A stretch of DNA of 64,000 nt from an uncultured virus (IMG/VR IMGVR_UViG_3300025115_000005) (lineage: Duplodnaviria > Heunggongvirae > Uroviricota > Caudoviricetes), in the IMG/VR virus record IMGVR_UViG_3300025115_000005. One strand, 5' to 3'. The position numbers were made by a program, and so were the translations under genes. Each line of letters begins with the position of its first letter. Position 1 is the first letter of the stretch. This document shows, piece by piece, positions 56,401 through 64,000 of the stretch. The notes beneath the pieces are model-generated. The model worked only from the letters and a program-made list of their open reading frames with translations. It made no database searches and was not told the origin of the DNA.

Positions 56401-59400
56401 TAAGATCTTTATTCTTATTAAGTATCCATCTGTTATTAACTAAGAACGCTCTATCGTTTTGATCAATCATACTTAAGTCAGCTTTAGATATCCAGGAACC
56501 TTCAATAAAGTCATCAATGTCATCTGATGTCATACCTGCTGCGTCCATACGTTTACGTAATTCATCATCACTATCAATAGCAGTCTTAATAAATGTAGTT
56601 CTATCTTTCTTAAGCTTATCGTAACTTTCTGTGCTGTAGGATAATTTGTTTAAGTCTTCAATGACAAAGTCTTTAAGCATAAAGGAGATGTATTCATTAA
56701 GCTCAAATTTTTCTTTTAGCCCATCAAAGAATGAACCAGCTTTCTCAGCTATGCTATTGAAAATAGACTGGGGCTTGTTTAAGTAGTCTAGAATATTTTT
56801 TCCATGAAGGCGTGTGTTAAAGAATTTTTGTGTATCTGCATTAGGTTTGATGATTGTAATCTTATCACCGTCGAAGTCACCTGAGTGTCTAGCTATATCA
56901 ATAGGGTTCATTCTGATTTGCATAGATGTAGTGTTCTCATAATCTACAATAACATTGTATCCATGGAATGGATCTATCTTATCTGCGGGGAAACGCATAA
57001 TAGTTAAGTAAAGATTTTCTTTTTCACCAAGCTTAAGTGCTTGTCTAAATTGTGACTCAGTGTCTCCTCCATGAAGTTGGCGGAACGCATAGTCGCTTAA
57101 AACAATAGTTCCTTGAGGAATCTCGTTATAATAAGTATACCCTCCTTCAACATTTTTAATTCTAAAAGCACGACTACCATCTGGCATCGTATAATCTTTT
57201 TGCATCGCTGTAACTAATCCCCAGTACCGAGGCATCGTCATTTGATGTAAAGGGGTTCCGTCTTTAATATATTGTTTGATATTAGAAATCAATCTTGATT
57301 CAAAACGATGGGTGCTAAGCATAGCTCTAAGGTTTCTTTCGCTAGCGGTTTCGTTAATGTTCTTGTTTGAGAATGTACTAAGTTGTTCCATTACCCATTG
57401 CTTATAACCTGGTTGTACTTCTTCTATTGATTCTAATAAACCTTTGTTAATAACATCTAAGCTTCTAAAAGATCTGTCAGCTATATCATAAAGTTCTTCT
57501 GTTAAGAAAGAAGCTTTAAGTGCATCAGACATCTTGTATGCGTCAACAACTGATCTAACATCTACTGTAGGCTTTTGATAATTACGATAGTCTTCAATAC
57601 TTAGATTATTAAATAGCCCAGATGACTTCATGATGTTTAAGAAAGCCTCTTGGTCTTTAGCCGCAGCATATAAGAATCTATTCATGCTGTCTGTACTCAT
57701 ACTAATAGACTCTCTTGACATAGCAGCTTTGTCATTTACTAAGTTCTCTGTCCAACGAATCTTTGTTCCATAAACTTCTCTAGTCATTCTCATAATTTCA
57801 TATAGCATGTTAGAAAAATCTTTAATGTTACTTTCGTTTTGTCCGAAGTCTTTAGTTAATCTATAAGTTGATTCACCTTGGTAGCGTTCAAATAAATAAG
57901 TAAGCATCTTATTAATTTCTACATTACCACCTTCAGATACTGCTTTAAGGAACAGTTGTTCTTTTTCTAAAGTTTCTTTAGTGTATGAGAAAAACTCTCT
58001 ACTTGAATAGTAGCGTTCCATTTGAAGTTGATATTCACTCAATGCATCTTGAACTGCTTTAAGTTGTTTACCATCAAGCTGTTTTTTAGATGCTGCTGAT
58101 TTAGTAAAGTCATTTGACTCGAGTCCTTTAACTCCAACATAAGGTGCAATCTTTTCTAACTCTTTCAGGAATTCTTCATCTGTTGCAAACTTATGTCCAA
58201 GGTCAGCATAGATTTGTTTGAACTTATTAAGCAGTGATGTATTATATAAGTTCATGTTTAAGAAGTTATCTGAGTTTAACATCTCTTCAGATAGTATACG
58301 TAAGACATGAGCATCTTGCGAAGCGTCATGGCCACGAGTACCTAATTCTTCTCTTAAGGCTTTAACTCTTTCTGCTATACGTGGATGGTTGGATAAGACA
58401 TCCATATTGTATTTCAAACTATCAATAGCGTTTCTATCAGTGAATCCAAGGAATGTATAGTCTCTCATTAGTTCAAGGGTATCTATAAAGTTTCCTTTGA
58501 TCTTTAAATATACAGGATGAGTTTCTCCTAATAAAGCTTTGATCCATTCAAGATCTGCTTGTTTACCATTATGTGCCATAAAAACAACGTCATCATCAAG
58601 CTCATTAATAAACTTAACAAACTGTGCTAACGCATCAGACTTGCGAATAGCGGTTGCTTGCTGAGATCTAACTTCTGCGTCGATGTTCTTTTCTTTTAGG
58701 AACTTACGCCAGCTGGAATATTCGGCAGCATTAAATACATCCTGTTCTGCTCTAGCGTGGACGTTGAATGAGCGTGTAGATTTGTCAGCACCTTCATATA
58801 CAGCACCTATTTGTAAGAGTTCGTTTGTTACATTATCATCTCTAAGGGCTACTTCAAGGTCAAGGAATACTTTCTTTCTTGCACCAAGCTCAGCTAGTTT
58901 GATGGTTTCTTTTTCTGTAGCAACTGTATCTGTATAAGCTTGTCGTCTTTGTTCAATCATGTCAAATAAATTATACGCAGGAGTTTCTGTTTGTTTAGCA
59001 ATGAACTGAATAGCACGCATGTCATTTGATTCTGATAACCATAAGTTCATAACTTTACTTAAGCGATCAAGTTCATCTAGGTTTATACGATGTGCTTTAG
59101 ATTCTCCGGAGATAATTCCATCTACATAGTTAACATCAGAAGGATCCATATCTTTACGAATGGAATCAATAACTTGGTCTAAGGCATACTTAAACTCAAT
59201 AGCGTCACTAAACTCCTCAGGAATAATACCGGTAGCTAGGACTGAGCTTACTCTTTTGACATATTGATTTTGTTCTACGTCATATAAATCTGATTCAATA
59301 CTACGTTTTAAGTAGCTTAGCATAGACTCTTCATTAAGTGTACGTGCGGATCCTGATACGTCGCTGTCTAACCCACCATAGAATAATTTATTAACGAAGG

Positions 59401-62400
59401 TATCATCAACCCCAGCACGTTCTTTAATATATCCACGGATGTTTTCAAGTAAGGCTCTCTTAGTTACACGTCTAGATAGTTCCATGTTAATTAAGTCTTC
59501 GGCTTGAGTATAGTACTTGTCAAAATATTGTGCGTACTGTCTACCTTTAGTCATAACGTTTGTTGCCATAGCTTCAAAGAGTTTAGATCCTAAGTTCTTT
59601 TCATCAAAGCTTGCATAATCTTTAAACTTAATTGTAGATAGTTTAGCTGAGGCTTCTTTTTTATTAGCCGCTATTTGTTCTGATCTGTCCATGACAAAGA
59701 CAGTGTATTCTTTTGTAGGATCCAGATCTCTCATAACTCTGTAGAAGTCATTAAGTGATTCAGAAGATCCTTCTTGATATGCACTTGCATAATATTTATT
59801 TAGTTTAGATACTTCTCTCATTTCACCTGTTAAAGGATCTTTAACTCCAGGTGCTTCAACGATTAAGTATTTAATATACTCATGTTGATTATCAATACCT
59901 GAGGTAAATGTATAAATCTCCATAGCTAAATCCATAACTGCATCATCAGTTAAGAACGCATCATAAGGAGTAAGTATCTTCTCTTTCCGAATTGTATTTG
60001 CAATCTCAGTAATTTTATTAACCATTGCTCCTGTAGCAATAGCGTCTTTTAAATTTGTGATAAGCATGCGACCTGGATCAGATACCTTATCTTTAACTAG
60101 ATCAGATTGATACTGCATGATGCCTTCATTTAATTTATTATAAGTATCTAGCCCAGCTGCACGAGCAGAAGATGTTTTAATGAATCGATGCTTAAGATTA
60201 TTCTTTTGCTCTGATACAAGTTTGTTGTATTCAGCATTAACTGTATTTCTTAGGGCAAGTCCTGGTGTTGTATTAATATCATTGTCAAAGCCTTGTGTAT
60301 TACCTGGTTGATTCTTAGATAATACTTCAGTAGCATCTTGTTTAACTCTTGTTCTAGATCTAGCAAGCGGATACATCTTAGCTAATTCTTTAAATTTCTT
60401 ACTAACCCATTGACGTTGACGTGCATCGGTAAAGAACTTAAGCACTTTTTCATCAGCGTCAAGTAAGTATAGATCTTCAATAGCTCCCATACCTAAGTAA
60501 TAGTCACCATCAGAATCTTTAATTGTATGTGATGCAAGAATATTTTGAATACTATTCTTAGCACTAAGCATTGCACTAGCTGTGGTATCAATTAAGATAC
60601 CTTCCATACGTGATTGAATGTAGTCTACTTCTTCAGAGGTTAAAGGCTCGATTGCTTTAAAGTTATAGTCTGGATTAAGATCAAACAGATCTTGACCATT
60701 CATATAAAAGTTATCGTAAGCATCAAGTCCTGTATAACCACGGTCAGCGGTATACTTTAATGTAGCTTGCGAACGATCATAAGTAAATGTCTTCACAAAG
60801 TCTGTGATACGTTTAGCTCTTTCATTTGAGGATAACTTAGATGTTTCACCTTCTTTAAAAAGATCAGCGACGAACTGAATAGCTCTACTATCTTGCATAA
60901 GCTGGAATACTTTTTTAAGATTTACATTATCTAATCCTGTATTAAATTTACCAAGCTCTTCGCTCATCTTAGCACTGATCTGTAGGGTAGCTTTAAGTTT
61001 ATTCTTAAGCATGATGGCTTGAGCATTGTTTCTATACTCAGGCTTATCTAGTTCAGTAAGCATATCTTTAACAGACATAGCCTTAAGAGTTAAGTCTTTG
61101 TTAACCAGGTCTTTAGTGAAAGTTAAAGTCTTATCCTTAGATTTAGCAATCTCTAGTAAGTCTTGACGACCATCAAAGCTTTGAGGTGTAAATAAGACTT
61201 CACCTGGAGTCATCATCATATTATCTGTAGCATCGAATGTCTCAGCTACTTTGTTTAAGATCTCAACTCTAGTAGATTCTAATTCTAAATTACTTGGGAT
61301 AATGTCTGTAAGTTTAATAGTTCCTGTGTAAGCTTTACTGTTACCTAATGTTTTGTTATCTTTGTTATAACCTGTTGCAATATAAACACCTTGTTTCTTT
61401 GACTCAGCTTGGATAGTCCAGCCAAAAGCTTCAAGCATTTTAATACGAGCAGGATCAGCTTTGAACCACATAGGTTTCATTTGAGCTATAGACTTATTCA
61501 TACCGAACATACGGTTAAATCCTTCAGCCAACCATTCAAGCATCATGAAGTTATGAAGGTCTGGATCTTGCTTACCTTTAAAGTTTAATCCACTAGTAAC
61601 AGCTTCGGAATATTTACCAAAGGCTTCGGAGTTACCCCCAATCTTACCTTGTTTCTTAAGAGCTATCATGAGCATGTGGTTAACAATACCGCTAGCGTAT
61701 TTTAAATCATTTGGATCATCAAAGCTTAAATACGTACCCATTAGGTTACGTGGATTAATGATAGTGTCTTGATCAATCATGACAAAGTTGTTGAAGGCCA
61801 TGTAAAGTTGTTTACCTACATCAAGGTTACGCTTGAATCCTGGCATCATTTCTAAGACAAGAGGTTCTGGAATGAAAGGCTTAGTTAATCTGAGTCCTGT
61901 TGTTCCTCCTGTGTACTTAGTTACACCGGGGATATTTGAATCTCCTGACTGTTTAAACTCTAATGTGCTATAGCCTAAATTTTCAAGTAGACCAGCAAGT
62001 AGTTGATCTTGAGTCTTTAAATCATACTCAAGCACAGCGTTGTCTTTGTTTAAAGTAATAAGTTTATTTAGATATTGAAGCTGACGTCTAAGCTCATAGT
62101 TTGTAATGCCAAGCTCACGTGCTGCTTCTTGAATATCTTTTTCAGTAGTGCCTCTAGCTTTTTGTTCTTTAAGGATATCAATCTTTGTTTGAAGTTCTGC
62201 TTGAGCTCTACTCATAAGTGCAGAAAGATTAACTTTAACTATGTTTGAAGGTTCTACTTCGTAAGCATCGTCAAAGTAATATTGAACATACTGCTTAGCA
62301 AACTTCTTCATCTCAGCTGCACTAACAGAAGTTAAGTTATGAGCACGAGCGTATTCATAGAAGTTAGTAAATGTTTTTGGATTTGCTTTGTATTGAGCAA

Positions 62401-64000
62401 GCATCTTATTTACAGCTGCCATCATGTCTGGAGATTTACTAAAAGCTTTCTTCATTGCTTTCTCTAAAGTCATACCACGTTGTTCTGTGATAGCTTCAGT
62501 AAGTTTAGCTTCTCTACCATAACCTTCTGCAATTAACGCACGCATCGTAAACTCTACTAATTCTTTAGGAGTAGTAATGTCAAAAGACGCACGGTTTAAT
62601 TTGCGGTAGTAAGTATCCATGACAAGATCATAAAGATTCATAGGTGCTTTACCTAATGCATCCATGACGACTGAGTTGTCAATGTTTCCTTCCATGTTAT
62701 TACGCACTTGGTCAAAGATACTTCTGTACTCAGCTGCGTCGCTGTTACCCATGAGTTCTTTAAGTGCTTTCATAGAAGCGGATTTAGATTTAGATGTTGT
62801 AACTAAAGTTCTAAGATTATTAAAGAAGTCATCAAACGTCGTTTGCTTAAACGTTCTGACATAAATCTTTTTACCTTTAGACTCTTTTAACTTATATAGA
62901 CCAATACCAGGTGCTGATAAGTATTTCTTAACATCATTTGTTTTTAAATTCTGACCAAGGCTTTGACGCAGCACGTCAATGAACTGATCAATGTATGTAG
63001 GTTCTTTCTTAGTAATATACGAACGAACACGTTGGATGTCTGCTTCGGGAATCAATCCTTTTAATCCAACTAAGATATCATCAAGTGACACTGCACTCGA
63101 TTGCTTTCTAGTAATATGGCCAGCGGCCTCAAGCTCGTTAAGAAGAGTATCAAACTCCTCAGCTCCTAAGCTCCGTCTGAGATGAACGAGTGCTATCTCA
63201 GCGGGATCTTCGAAAGTCGTATTCTCTTCGATCAGCTTCACGAGGTCGATGGTGTTGTCCTTACCAAACTTCTTAACTAGCCAGTTAACAGTGGACTCAA
63301 TTCTTTGCTCTCTGTCCCTCAAGGAGGCTGTCGACAATTGTTTCGTGCTTTCTAATAAACTTAAGAGGTCCGTAAAAGATTTACCTTTCTCCAACTTCTC
63401 TTGAATCTGTGAGTAGAATTTCTCGTTGATGTCACCATTCTTTTTCAAGTCTTCTAACTTACCATAGTTCTTCAAGTCGTTAAGTAAGCTCATCAATCTT
63501 GTAAACACAAGTTTATCTTTTACTCCTGATTTAGATGCTGCATTTGAGACTGCATCAATCTCTTGCAAGATCTCTAAGGATCTACCATACTTGACGAACT
63601 CATATCCTACGAATATTGATTCTTTAGATTTAATATATGCACTGAGCTCTGGAATCGAAGCCATGATATATCCTGCCGCTTCATCACTAATAGCTTTAAC
63701 ATCTTTATCAACAAGTCTTGCTAAGGTGAAGGCTAACTCACCTGTTCCCATCTTGTGTGAAGGGTGACCAATATTAGTCAAGACTTTTAATGCATTATAT
63801 AATGTCACACCGTTTCTTGTCTTAGCATCCGTCAAAACCATGAAGGCTGTCAAGAACTTATTTGCGACGATCATACCTTCACCTGATTGTACTGCTCTAT
63901 TCTCTAGGTCAGTCACGATCAAGTAAGTTGCTTCTAGTTTCGAATTATCATCTGATAGCTTAATAATGTAAGGATTATCTGGAGACTCTTGAAGTTTAGC
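50417..64000 (-). CDS. Giant (>4,500 aa, 5' truncated) virion polyprotein with two-barrel RNA polymerase signature, DEDDh exonuclease and LPD38-like C-terminus
   Basis: The frame stays open from 63922 to the window edge (26 more codons). MRFP...MNP...HSGDFDGD at about 56864-56998; FLDLE/AHNGKQAD/FIDTL/HDASQD at about 58310-58870; NPVFKVPYEVATNTDWYGGTP at about 51350-51412. Confidence 0.85.
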   Translation of the reverse strand, partial: AKLQESPDNPYIIKLSDDNSKLEATYLIVTDLENRAVQSGEGMIVANKFLTAFMVLTDAKTRNGVTLYNALKVLTNIGHPSHKMGTGELAFTLARLVDKDVKAISDEAAGYIMASIPELSAYIKSKESIFVGYEFVKYGRSLEILQEIDAVSNAASKSGVKDKLVFTRLMSLLNDLKNYGKLEDLKKNGDINEKFYSQIQEKLEKGKSFTDLLSLLESTKQLSTASLRDREQRIESTVNWLVKKFGKDNTIDLVKLIEENTTFEDPAEIALVHLRRSLGAEEFDTLLNELEAAGHITRKQSSAVSLDDILVGLKGLIPEADIQRVRSYITKKEPTYIDQFIDVLRQSLGQNLKTNDVKKYLSAPGIGLYKLKESKGKKIYVRTFKQTTFDDFFNNLRTLVTTSKSKSASMKALKELMGNSDAAEYRSIFDQVRNNMEGNIDNSVVMDALGKAPMNLYDLVMDTYYRKLNRASFDITTPKELVEFTMRALIAEGYGREAKLTEAITEQRGMTLEKAMKKAFSKSPDMMAAVNKMLAQYKANPKTFTNFYEYARAHNLTSVSAAEMKKFAKQYVQYYFDDAYEVEPSNIVKVNLSALMSRAQAELQTKIDILKEQKARGTTEKDIQEAARELGITNYELRRQLQYLNKLITLNKDNAVLEYDLKTQDQLLAGLLENLGYSTLEFKQSGDSNIPGVTKYTGGTTGLRLTKPFIPEPLVLEMMPGFKRNLDVGKQLYMAFNNFVMIDQDTIINPRNLMGTYLSFDDPNDLKYASGIVNHMLMIALKKQGKIGGNSEAFGKYSEAVTSGLNFKGKQDPDLHNFMMLEWLAEGFNRMFGMNKSIAQMKPMWFKADPARIKMLEAFGWTIQAESKKQGVYIATGYNKDNKTLGNSKAYTGTIKLTDIIPSNLELESTRVEILNKVAETFDATDNMMMTPGEVLFTPQSFDGRQDLLEIAKSKDKTLTFTKDLVNKDLTLKAMSVKDMLTELDKPEYRNNAQAIMLKNKLKATLQISAKMSEELGKFNTGLDNVNLKKVFQLMQDSRAIQFVADLFKEGETSKLSSNERAKRITDFVKTFTYDRSQATLKYTADRGYTGLDAYDNFYMNGQDLFDLNPDYNFKAIEPLTSEEVDYIQSRMEGILIDTTASAMLSAKNSIQNILASHTIKDSDGDYYLGMGAIEDLYLLDADEKVLKFFTDARQRQWVSKKFKELAKMYPLARSRTRVKQDATEVLSKNQPGNTQGFDNDINTTPGLALRNTVNAEYNKLVSEQKNNLKHRFIKTSSARAAGLDTYNKLNEGIMQYQSDLVKDKVSDPGRMLITNLKDAIATGAMVNKITEIANTIRKEKILTPYDAFLTDDAVMDLAMEIYTFTSGIDNQHEYIKYLIVEAPGVKDPLTGEMREVSKLNKYYASAYQEGSSESLNDFYRVMRDLDPTKEYTVFVMDRSEQIAANKKEASAKLSTIKFKDYASFDEKNLGSKLFEAMATNVMTKGRQYAQYFDKYYTQAEDLINMELSRRVTKRALLENIRGYIKERAGVDDTFVNKLFYGGLDSDVSGSARTLNEESMLSYLKRSIESDLYDVEQNQYVKRVSSVLATGIIPEEFSDAIEFKYALDQVIDSIRKDMDPSDVNYVDGIISGESKAHRINLDELDRLSKVMNLWLSESNDMRAIQFIAKQTETPAYNLFDMIEQRRQAYTDTVATEKETIKLAELGARKKVFLDLEVALRDDNVTNELLQIGAVYEGADKSTRSFNVHARAEQDVFNAAEYSSWRKFLKEKNIDAEVRSQQATAIRKSDALAQFVKFINELDDDVVFMAHNGKQADLEWIKALLGETHPVYLKIKGNFIDTLELMRDYTFLGFTDRNAIDSLKYNMDVLSNHPRIAERVKALREELGTRGHDASQDAHVLRILSEEMLNSDNFLNMNLYNTSLLNKFKQIYADLGHKFATDEEFLKELEKIAPYVGVKGLESNDFTKSAASKKQLDGKQLKAVQDALSEYQLQMERYYSSREFFSYTKETLEKEQLFLKAVSEGGNVEINKMLTYLFERYQGESTYRLTKDFGQNESNIKDFSNMLYEIMRMTREVYGTKIRWTENLVNDKAAMSRESISMSTDSMNRFLYAAAKDQEAFLNIMKSSGLFNNLSIEDYRNYQKPTVDVRSVVDAYKMSDALKASFLTEELYDIADRSFRSLDVINKGLLESIEEVQPGYKQWVMEQLSTFSNKNINETASERNLRAMLSTHRFESRLISNIKQYIKDGTPLHQMTMPRYWGLVTAMQKDYTMPDGSRAFRIKNVEGGYTYYNEIPQGTIVLSDYAFRQLHGGDTESQFRQALKLGEKENLYLTIMRFPADKIDPFHGYNVIVDYENTTSMQIRMNPIDIARHSGDFDGDKITIIKPNADTQKFFNTRLHGKNILDYLNKPQSIFNSIAEKAGSFFDGLKEKFELNEYISFMLKDFVIEDLNKLSYSTESYDKLKKDRTTFIKTAIDSDDELRKRMDAAGMTSDDIDDFIEGSWISKADLSMIDQNDRAFLVNNRWILNKNKDLISNNRMTQLKQFSQQKIFSSVAGIRDTVSGWIQKKLASEFTDLETRPFDTTQLEYKQFIIPSYMIGGINRKLATDITYRNEVIKILKNSLSEKTFGLLFKNRKPDSSLDVEQIRAALVLEEAKIRHSQEYEQVLKQAMKTRESEEDYIKINQNMMDTYEDLVGNSLNDAFIDFNSGKDFDEIIRAMFQHFADDIEENTPTKSFHTIQDALTNSAKRGLLTRRNVYVVIDPEMNVEAGSGLIRREYAESHPNYIAYSEKYNPNKDYSKMKHFKKAIRGRAYFVQPIALDHQYKVASIGNEDIFKSTLTRVDNKIKSVTLQGKEVDTKDIAMYVSPEAYETVMKGVKQDLVPVKLEIDGRKVQAFRTNLAVVENNAKYPDYIKDKGVDSLVFAHSMRSPLSGLVFSDTVIKDVDGELIFDPSFINRINAMRQQIKEPSFLGNNAISIYQNLLVNIILSKIKPTNEADAKYLRTVKQQNQLKGTYADDRNLNLSVALINRFFSTPEAKASFHRSLNKMERKLFSQELFSKFYENIVTGVENYSSLVKEFAKESVSESILSKSSGLGKLEKLAGLKQTPGKITSDVMLDTSEGRDSFTQGYLSMVDFWNYLLEDSGQRISKRDIVSLQSRGLLNEGISVSGSQRSGFNPENLDDIIDGKPIQDAYGKGIKAGNINTSPGVPTYVDTRSGAYSNEITFRRKGYDSGKESDFVREYNKVYRTGERDNFARNKAIQALNRVDIATKQFNNAYDILPDLNPNLAKTYVTHKNPMQFMSTEEGTTIRPVYGKPVEGSLGDAYQHLMASGSTMLGREFKQVSNDIDPSIKSLEQTLMQRLDATDPNQITDADMVGFFDEVITSAKQDLVLGEAQKSQQTKVYRMDIDPVDGHLIHTKKNIMTSSGLAEFDEDSGRLSHVVQSIPRNARALHAEITAGLAILDYFVKGAADKVALNRYAEMKSYDSLLIKTKNSPADLELVMMDMKSKWGFTTQEQLRAAIDEYSLTHKREAMAMNQLVTRIGEVGERIAKETGQVSPSLFHILSPIVSRNNNLKKGDYIHTLKTIFGFHKEEGNFKVAEYLGNKKYDFYNSIDIIADNIAKVGAAKHMSDNLKDIGALNNTVVMEETRKLLDDAIKTATPDPKKKWKYSQLAIAFNQRVKGFSTMNRNVDLNSMYLQLNGLKTDLMSLDPEGTKFESLKDLYDRYDSSENVSDKDLLRELIAIEESIEDLKYEAILENKDAVNSIASRAMYLAKTNNATLVNEYGQKFPTDASMGFYRPIANIDTSFINRNVELLTGGNTFEERLAMAAVTGKLYMLDTTTADHLDKHFFTAKVPGKVMKLLKEISSQTTKLIMSSVPQLINRMINFSAFDLAMMSTITPKVALYAPQAMREFSALLQSNGKIFDIKDVNGNMQYAKLYNFLDVVGLSPTDRTAKGLDVASMDFKVKTPKFLDPYFNMTDKAFQVQTLAGRYAGYLAVLDSFEQNKPIYGSSYYKKEAIDGLKSNEMKAMKVVENTLGAPGGFPFVAKYTQGWAMFMTFPLALARWGMDTTRTTGRILKDIWLGEVDSDGLKTLARNAVGLIGATLVTNLVASLVADMYGVDEDTEEEWKQDQVMFKPVQTALLGRPYISYQQSANPLQNLEQMFIEPFKASSNKTLGKKLQGLFMELIGGKVNPVFKVPYEVATNTDWYGGTPVKTNYSWEDNLARKSMGFVIGIAGATAMVDSWRYTKLDTEDPVFLERLGKSLQAALSAEIGNSKGYKAELKNYYKALSSVNGYIKYERELAGTEYFGSDNFDSEQSYELAKEIRKAMNLEQKPSVIYGLINEAIQNGAGKNEILYSLRSNSISHRLSLIKDPTEFYENLSDKEKAVLDDAIIHEAENYSVLKELLTDTAATNYKNSYVKDYLPRHYNRNYDERMYFHNPRVYNRGNTRYNDDKMKQLYLGRKTFVPPLTSATGSKASGISSKLGARRPYIKRQNLGTNKVRTQAPKNRTIYDHQHDWRNE

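Noticed and set aside
51618..63185. Multiple short + strand ORFs antisense to the giant gene (and similar ones elsewhere in the track)
   Set aside because: Typical antisense shadow ORFs of long coding regions, with no RBS or motifs.
50417..64000. Tape measure protein, or N4-type (T7-like single-subunit) virion RNAP
   Set aside because: No tape-measure repeat pattern, and no tail tube or sheath genes. The motif present is the two-barrel DFDGD type, not the DxxGR / Rx3Kx7YG / HD motifs of N4/T7 enzymes.
1..64000. Alternative genetic code (stop-codon reassignment as in some crAss-like phages)
   Set aside because: Genes are long and tightly packed under the standard code, and TAA, TAG and TGA all serve as stops at gene junctions.

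Overview
The whole window is part of a tailed dsDNA bacteriophage genome, probably lytic and podovirus-like: no tape measure, sheath, integrase, CRISPR, rRNA or tRNA was recognised. It uses the standard code, with strong AGGAGG ribosome-binding sites and sigma70/sigmaA-type promoters, which suggests a low-GC Bacillota or Mollicutes-type host (inference). Layout: (1) 1-10076, a + strand accessory/early arm (LPD28-like protein, P-loop kinase, M28/M20-type peptidase, DnaG primase, MazG-like protein, Zn-finger proteins). (2) 10086-12520, a phage-encoded GroEL-like and GroES-like pair. (3) 12591-16387, probable internal virion proteins and a divergent terminase small subunit. (4) 16390-16790, a perfect promoter driving a ~75-nt RNA head-to-head with a ~270-nt multi-hairpin RNA. 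(5) 16784-26109, a replication module (D5/P4 primase-helicase, VRR-NUC, DUF669-like SSB, Sak4-like ATPase, Cas4-like nuclease, PolA, SNF2 helicase). (6) 26197-50417, membrane proteins, fibres, tail, capsid, portal and terminase. (7) 50417-64000, a giant ORF of more than 4,500 aa that stays open to the window edge. The giant protein is the most striking feature. It contains a two-barrel polymerase catalytic signature (RFP...MNP...GDFDGD), an apparently intact DnaQ-like DEDDh 3'-5' exonuclease about 480 aa upstream in the same chain, and an LPD38-like C-terminus. It is therefore a candidate injected virion RNA polymerase with a built-in exonuclease. All family calls come from motif recognition by eye; no database searches were run.
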